DNA of 64,000 nucleotides from Verrucomicrobiia bacterium (GTDB lineage Bacteria; Verrucomicrobiota; Verrucomicrobiia; JADLBR01; JAIBCM01): NCBI GenBank assembly GCA_041395165.1, contig JAWLBA010000001.1, positions 136,068 to 200,067 of the forward strand, read 5' to 3'. Shown piece by piece: positions 59,872 to 64,000 of this stretch (position 1 is its first letter; each line of letters starts with the position of its first letter). The notes under the pieces were generated by a model. It saw only the letters and a program-made list of their open reading frames with translations, ran no database searches and was not told where the DNA came from. The position numbers and the translations under genes were made by a program.

Positions 59872-60885
59872 CTAGCTATAAGCGATGGTGGATTTCACCG
59901 TGCGAACGAAACCGGAAAGCGATCCAAAGGTGTCATTGACTGAAGTGGCTTCGTAGCCGCAATGCACCATGCAGTCGCGACATTTTGCGTTGCCACTGTG
60001 TTGACCGTATTGGCTCCAATCGGTTTTTTCGATGAGCTCCTTAAAGGTTTTTACGTAACCTTCCTGCAAGAGATAGCAAGGTCGTTGCCAACCGAAAATG
60101 TTGTAAGTTGGATTGCCCCAAGGCGTGCAATCGTAGTCAATTTTGCCTTGCAGAAATTCAATGAAATTGGGGGAAAGATTAAAACGCCAGGAACGCTTCC
60201 TGTTTTTGAAAATTTCGCTGAAAAGTTTTTTTGTCTTATCGCGATGTAAGAAATGCTCTTGATCGGGCGCTTTTTGGTAGCTGTAACCCGGAGAAAGCAT
60301 CATGCCTTCGACATTCAACTTCATCATTTCATCGAAGAATTTTTGCACATGTTCGGGGTTGGCTCCATCAAATAACGTGGTGTTGGTGGTGACACGAAAG
60401 CCGCGTTTGAGCGCTTCTTTCATGGCTTCGTAGGCAATTTCATACGTGCCATCGCGGCATACGGCCATGTCGTGTTCTTCCTTGAGACCGTCCATGTGAA
60501 CGCTGAAGGTGAGATATTTGCTGGGCTTGAAAAGGTCAAGTTTACGCTTCAAAAGCAGCGCATTAGTGCAAAGATAAATATATTTTTTGCGTTCGATAAG
60601 GCCTTCGACGATTTTGTCGATTTCAGGATGAATGAGCGGTTCACCGCCCGGGATGGAAACCATTGGTGCTCCGCATTCTTCAGCGGCTGCCCAGCATTGT
60701 TCGGGCGTGAGGCGTTTGTTGAGAATGTGATCGGGATATTGAATCTTTCCGCAACCGGCACAGGACAGGTTGCAGCGAAAAAGCGGTTCTAACATCAGAA
60801 CCAGGGGGTAATGCTTATTGCGCTTAAGCTTTTGCTTGATCACATAAGAACTTACCGCCCACATTTGTGAGAGAGGTACTGCCAT
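59872..60885 (-). CDS. hpnH: adenosyl-hopene transferase (hopanoid biosynthesis radical SAM protein HpnH)
   Basis: Radical SAM CxxxCxxC (CNLSCAGCGK) within LMLEPLFRCN. Also TPWGNP..FGWQRPCYL..GYVKTFKEL..TDW..YG and C.DCMVHCG, which match my memory of HpnH over the full length. Confidence 0.9.
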   Translation of the reverse strand: MAVPLSQMWAVSSYVIKQKLKRNKHYPLVLMLEPLFRCNLSCAGCGKIQYPDHILNKRLTPEQCWAAAEECGAPMVSIPGGEPLIHPEIDKIVEGLIERKKYIYLCTNALLLKRKLDLFKPSKYLTFSVHMDGLKEEHDMAVCRDGTYEIAYEAMKEALKRGFRVTTNTTLFDGANPEHVQKFFDEMMKLNVEGMMLSPGYSYQKAPDQEHFLHRDKTKKLFSEIFKNRKRSWRFNLSPNFIEFLQGKIDYDCTPWGNPTYNIFGWQRPCYLLQEGYVKTFKELIEKTDWSQYGQHSGNAKCRDCMVHCGYEATSVNDTFGSLSGFVRTVKSTIAYS

Positions 60886-61090
60886 AGTGCGTCAAACTAT
60901 AGATAAGCTTGAAGACGTGTCAATGGTGATTGGTAGTGGTAAGGCAACGAGTAACAGGTTTGAGAGGATGGAATGAAAGCTGAAAGTTAAAGCGGCATTT
61001 GACACAAGGAAACATCGGTGTTTAATTGCCTTTCATTTATTGTTAGGAAGTTTGAGACAATAGTAAGCAGTAGAAAAGGAATGTGAATTT

Positions 61091-62176
61091 ATGACGCCAG
61101 CAGCTAGATTGTTAGCTCGAGTTATTGCAGAACGCGCGGCAGGCCGCGTGCTCATAGCTAAGGATTTCGCGCGCGATGCCAGAGCTGCACTTGAAACATT
61201 TAAGAAGGGACAAGAAACGTTAGATGCTGCCAGACTACTTTCTAGAGATCCTGCAAATTTGAGGTTGCAGAGCCAAAATTTTGATAAATTAGTGCAATTT
61301 TCGACAAATGCAGAATCTGGTATTTTGGAAGGAGGAGAGGCATTTGGAGCTCTTTTAGAAGCCATGCAAGCTGGACATGGTGAATTTTCGTTATTTTTGG
61401 ATAAGGTTTCTAAAATATCTGGGATGCCTGACGAAGTTTATGAAGTTATCAAGAAAGAGCTTGCCACTTTTGAAGCTGTTGCCGATGTGATTCATAAATA
61501 TCAAAACGGTGCAATGCGTGGGTTGGATTCGTATGAGGGAGTCATGCAAGCCATTAAAAATAAAAAAATTGATGATCTTCCGAAATTATTAGAGCAAGCG
61601 GTTAAAGATTGCGATGACATAATCCGCGCTACGGAACATGCTGTAGCCGCGTTAGAAAGAGCTAACGCGCTATTTGAGCAGCAAGCAGCTCGTATTGTAG
61701 CAATCGTGGGTGGAACAGGAGCAACACTTGTGGCTTTGAGACCAGAGGAAGTTCAAGCTGCTGAGGATTTGGTTGAGGATGCTGTTTTGCATGAAAGAGT
61801 GATTTGCGAAGTTGAGAAAAAAGCTAGAAGGAAGGAATCCTCCTTTGGGCAAAAAGTTTGGGTGAGTCTCAAAGAAGGACCCGATACAACCATGATGGGA
61901 TTATCACCCGATGTGTTAGATTGGTCAGGAGCTGGAGCGATGACAGAAGCAGGAATGGCGGGCTATCAGTACGCTAACATGCCCAATCAACCGAAGTGTG
62001 ATGACCCGATTCCTCAAGCGGTGACACGAGCCGAAATTTCCCGGATGCGAGCAAATGTGGAAGCGGCATGGAAAGCTTTAGATGAGCAACAGGCTGCTGC
62101 TGCGAAACAAACATCGAATGGTGCGACTCCGAATTCGCTAATGGCTTCTGATCCAGCCTCTAAACTTTCCCCTTAA
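61091..62176 (+). CDS. Ala-rich helical protein, family A member 4 (361 aa)
   Basis: N-terminus MTPAARLLARVIAERAAGRVLI and C-terminus ..RANVEAAWKALDEQQAAAAKQTSNGATPNSLMASDPASKLSP. Confidence 0.65.
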   Translation: MTPAARLLARVIAERAAGRVLIAKDFARDARAALETFKKGQETLDAARLLSRDPANLRLQSQNFDKLVQFSTNAESGILEGGEAFGALLEAMQAGHGEFSLFLDKVSKISGMPDEVYEVIKKELATFEAVADVIHKYQNGAMRGLDSYEGVMQAIKNKKIDDLPKLLEQAVKDCDDIIRATEHAVAALERANALFEQQAARIVAIVGGTGATLVALRPEEVQAAEDLVEDAVLHERVICEVEKKARRKESSFGQKVWVSLKEGPDTTMMGLSPDVLDWSGAGAMTEAGMAGYQYANMPNQPKCDDPIPQAVTRAEISRMRANVEAAWKALDEQQAAAAKQTSNGATPNSLMASDPASKLSP

Positions 62177-62337
62177 GCGAATCAAGAATAGAAACAGTTG
62201 CTTAAATTATTAATCCGAAACTGCTGCCCACTTGTTTATAAAGCAACTGGTGGATTTTAATAATTAAGCGTGATATAAAATTTGACAGAGAGCGATTCTA
62301 ATGTTTCTTTTTTATTAAAATAAGGGAAAGCAATTTT

Positions 62338-63144
62338 ATGTTTAAAGTGATAACTCGTTTATTAAGGCGTGCGGCGTTGAGAGCTGGCGGTAAACAGGTG
62401 AGTCTAACGAATTTGTCTCAACTAGTTAGAGAAGAGATTTCTGCACTGGGAAGAGAATTAGCTAAAATTGAAACTCATATCGAAGCACTTAAAGGTGGCA
62501 GAATTCCTGAGGAATTGATGGCGTGGACAGATGTTGCTCCCAGAATTCGGGCTATCGAAAAATTGCCGGCCTATCAAAGACCAATAGAGATGCAGAATTT
62601 AGCGAATGAAATTAAGACCCAGCTAGTAGCGGATCATGCAGAGCTGTGGCGCGAAATGAATAAGGCTGAGGAATTTTGGGAAATAGGATTAGGGGAAGGA
62701 ACGCTGCCTTCTTTGAAACCCGGTGAATGGGTAAATGGCGTGCTTCCGATTGGAGCTATGGAATACGTTTATACTGAGCCAAGTGATGTTATGGTTGGTC
62801 TTCAAAAAGGAGAAATGCCTTCCACGGCGGGGGCGGCTGGAGCTTTAAGCAAAGCGATTGTGGATCCGGGTAGCGCTATGGTTGATGTTGCCTGTGAGAC
62901 CATTCCAGGTTGTAGTGAAACGATTCGCGAAGGAGAGTCAAAGATTGTAAGAACCATTAGTGAAACGGTTAGCGGAGCTTACGATGCGATAGTGGGAAAT
63001 AATAAGCCATCGGGAGTTGTTTCGGCGGCCAAGGAACGAGTGGAACAAGCAACGGCAGCAGTTTGGCAAGCTGTGGAAGCAGGAAATCCAACAGTTCCTC
63101 CCAAACAGCCTTCAATCGGACCAGGAATTTCTACTGGTGGATAA
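62338..63144 (+). CDS. Ala-rich helical protein, family A member 5 (268 aa)
   Basis: N-terminus MFKVITRLLRRAALRAGGKQVSL and C-terminus ..RVEQATAAVWQAVEAGNPTVPPKQPSIGPGISTGG. Confidence 0.65.
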   Translation: MFKVITRLLRRAALRAGGKQVSLTNLSQLVREEISALGRELAKIETHIEALKGGRIPEELMAWTDVAPRIRAIEKLPAYQRPIEMQNLANEIKTQLVADHAELWREMNKAEEFWEIGLGEGTLPSLKPGEWVNGVLPIGAMEYVYTEPSDVMVGLQKGEMPSTAGAAGALSKAIVDPGSAMVDVACETIPGCSETIREGESKIVRTISETVSGAYDAIVGNNKPSGVVSAAKERVEQATAAVWQAVEAGNPTVPPKQPSIGPGISTGG

Positions 63145-63247
63145 CTAAAAGTTATTATAAAATTTGACGGGACTTTTATTAATGGTTTAATAGATCGACT
63201 CATTTATAAGGGAAATATTAATTTAAACTTTAATAGAAGAAACTAAT

Positions 63248-64000
63248 ATGGCTAAAGGTAAAGTTATACAATGGGTTGGCCGTTTGTTTGGAATAGCTCC
63301 CGAAGCGGATGCCGCAGCTGAAGCGGCGAGATTAGCTAAATTAGCTGAAACGGCAGAATTGGCCAAAGCAGCACAGGCGGCACAAGCTGTAGCAAGAACA
63401 GCGCGTTTGGCAGCAATAACTGAAGCGAATGCAGCTGTTAGAGGTATTCATGAGGAAATGAGCCTAGCGAATGGCCTTATTACTGGAGGGAGAGCATCTT
63501 CGGTAACGCTTTCTTCTATTCTAGGAAGGACAGGACTTGCTAGCACGAATTCAAAAAGACTCTGTGAAGCAATGAGAGCAATGGCGGCTTCTGCAGAAGG
63601 GACTTCCTATGCGAAATCAGCTGCAAATTTAGCTGAACTTGCAGGTAAAATTGATAGAGCTGTTGCCGGTGCCCAAGTAAGGGCAATGGAAGTTGTCTCA
63701 CATATAAGACGCGGTTCCGATGCAAAAGTCGTTGCTGAAGCGGTTGCTAAATGGACTACCGCTCAGGGAGATGTAAGTGTCCTCATGACAGAATTTGAGA
63801 ATGCGGCGGTGGCTTTTGAAGCTGAAGTGGGTAAAGAGGTGATAGCTGGAGGTAGTCTTATAGTGGCGCCTGGAATCGCAGGTAGTGATCCCAGTCAAGG
63901 TCGGCTTCCAGAACATCCTATGTATTCTTATTTTAGGCCTATTATTAATGGTGGAGCTGCTGTAGCTGATGGGATTGATACTTTGGTTTTTGGCACTGTT
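63248..64000 (+). CDS. Ala-rich helical protein, family A member 6 (partial, runs off the window)
   Basis: Hand translation from the ATG at 63248 is open for 251 codons to the window end. It starts MAKGKVIQWVGRLFGIAPEADAAAEAARLAKLAE... This ORF is not in the supplied track. Confidence 0.6.
   Translation, partial: MAKGKVIQWVGRLFGIAPEADAAAEAARLAKLAETAELAKAAQAAQAVARTARLAAITEANAAVRGIHEEMSLANGLITGGRASSVTLSSILGRTGLASTNSKRLCEAMRAMAASAEGTSYAKSAANLAELAGKIDRAVAGAQVRAMEVVSHIRRGSDAKVVAEAVAKWTTAQGDVSVLMTEFENAAVAFEAEVGKEVIAGGSLIVAPGIAGSDPSQGRLPEHPMYSYFRPIINGGAAVADGIDTLVFGTV

Noticed and set aside
57852-60885. A RiPP-like cluster formed by the small Cys peptide, the methyltransferase and the radical SAM enzyme.
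   Set aside because: The radical SAM protein matches HpnH along its whole length, including the C-terminal TPWGNP..WQRPCYL..CMVHCG region. It is on the opposite strand from the peptide and the methyltransferase. There is no protease or transporter.
62282-63192. Sigma70-type promoters (TTGACA/TTGACG + 17 nt) upstream of family-A members 5 and 6.
   Set aside because: The -35 boxes are good, but the sequences at the -10 position (ttcttt, ttaata) are poor matches. Only the promoter at 55967-55995 was convincing enough to list as a feature.
56020-64000. Family-A N-terminal amphipathic helices as microcompartment or encapsulin cargo-targeting peptides.
   Set aside because: It remains only a speculation. 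No BMC shell (BMC-H/P) or encapsulin (HK97-fold) gene is recognisable in the window, so the sequence here gives no support.

Overview
By eye this is an AT-rich bacterial chromosomal window. Its gene content fits a Gram-negative of the PVC/Verrucomicrobia type: Tol-Pal, TatC, the hopanoid gene hpnH, DUF2851, BtpA and an AsmA-like gene. A Methylacidiphilum-like lineage is my guess only. No searches were run; every call rests on motifs read from the ORF track and the raw sequence.

Housekeeping content:
- trpF (partial) and trpB, adk, ftsH, tolQ-tolR-tolA-like-tolB-pal, tatC and ribBA.
- alaS, an L,D-transpeptidase, a HIT protein, holA, parB and mutL.
- fabD-fabG-acpP-fabF, an ABC-F ATPase, copA, btpA, htrA, nagA and hpnH.
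- Three tRNAs (initiator-type Met-CAU, Glu-UUC, Gly-GCC) and one IS200-type tnpA with matched end hairpins.

Three things stand out.

1. Orphan paralog families fill the accessory DNA.
- Six Ala-rich helical proteins lie at 56-64 kb. They share only an N-terminal basic helix and a C-terminal [IV]-W-x-A-A motif followed by a Pro-rich tail.
- The same W-motif occurs twice in an acidic protein at 33.8-34.8 kb.
- Three acidic tandem genes lie at 32.8-34.8 kb.
- Four secreted proteins form a tandem array at 27.8-32.7 kb. Their promoter and terminator modules are duplicated and one copy is decayed.
- Two large orphan proteins (2834-4522 and 35070-36587) are paralogs of each other.

2. Gene disruptions are unusually dense.
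- alaS carries a 1-nt frameshift in an A5 run.
- fabF has an AAA->TAA-type in-frame stop.
- An AsmA-like gene, a NUDIX gene, a TraB/GumN gene and one array member are also broken.
- The third acidic gene has an in-frame TAG.

3. The tRNA-fMet locus is surrounded by tRNA-derived fragments. Each carries a tcccgcc..ggcggga hairpin, and together they bracket a small GIY-YIG ORF.

I saw no CRISPR array, rRNA or prophage.
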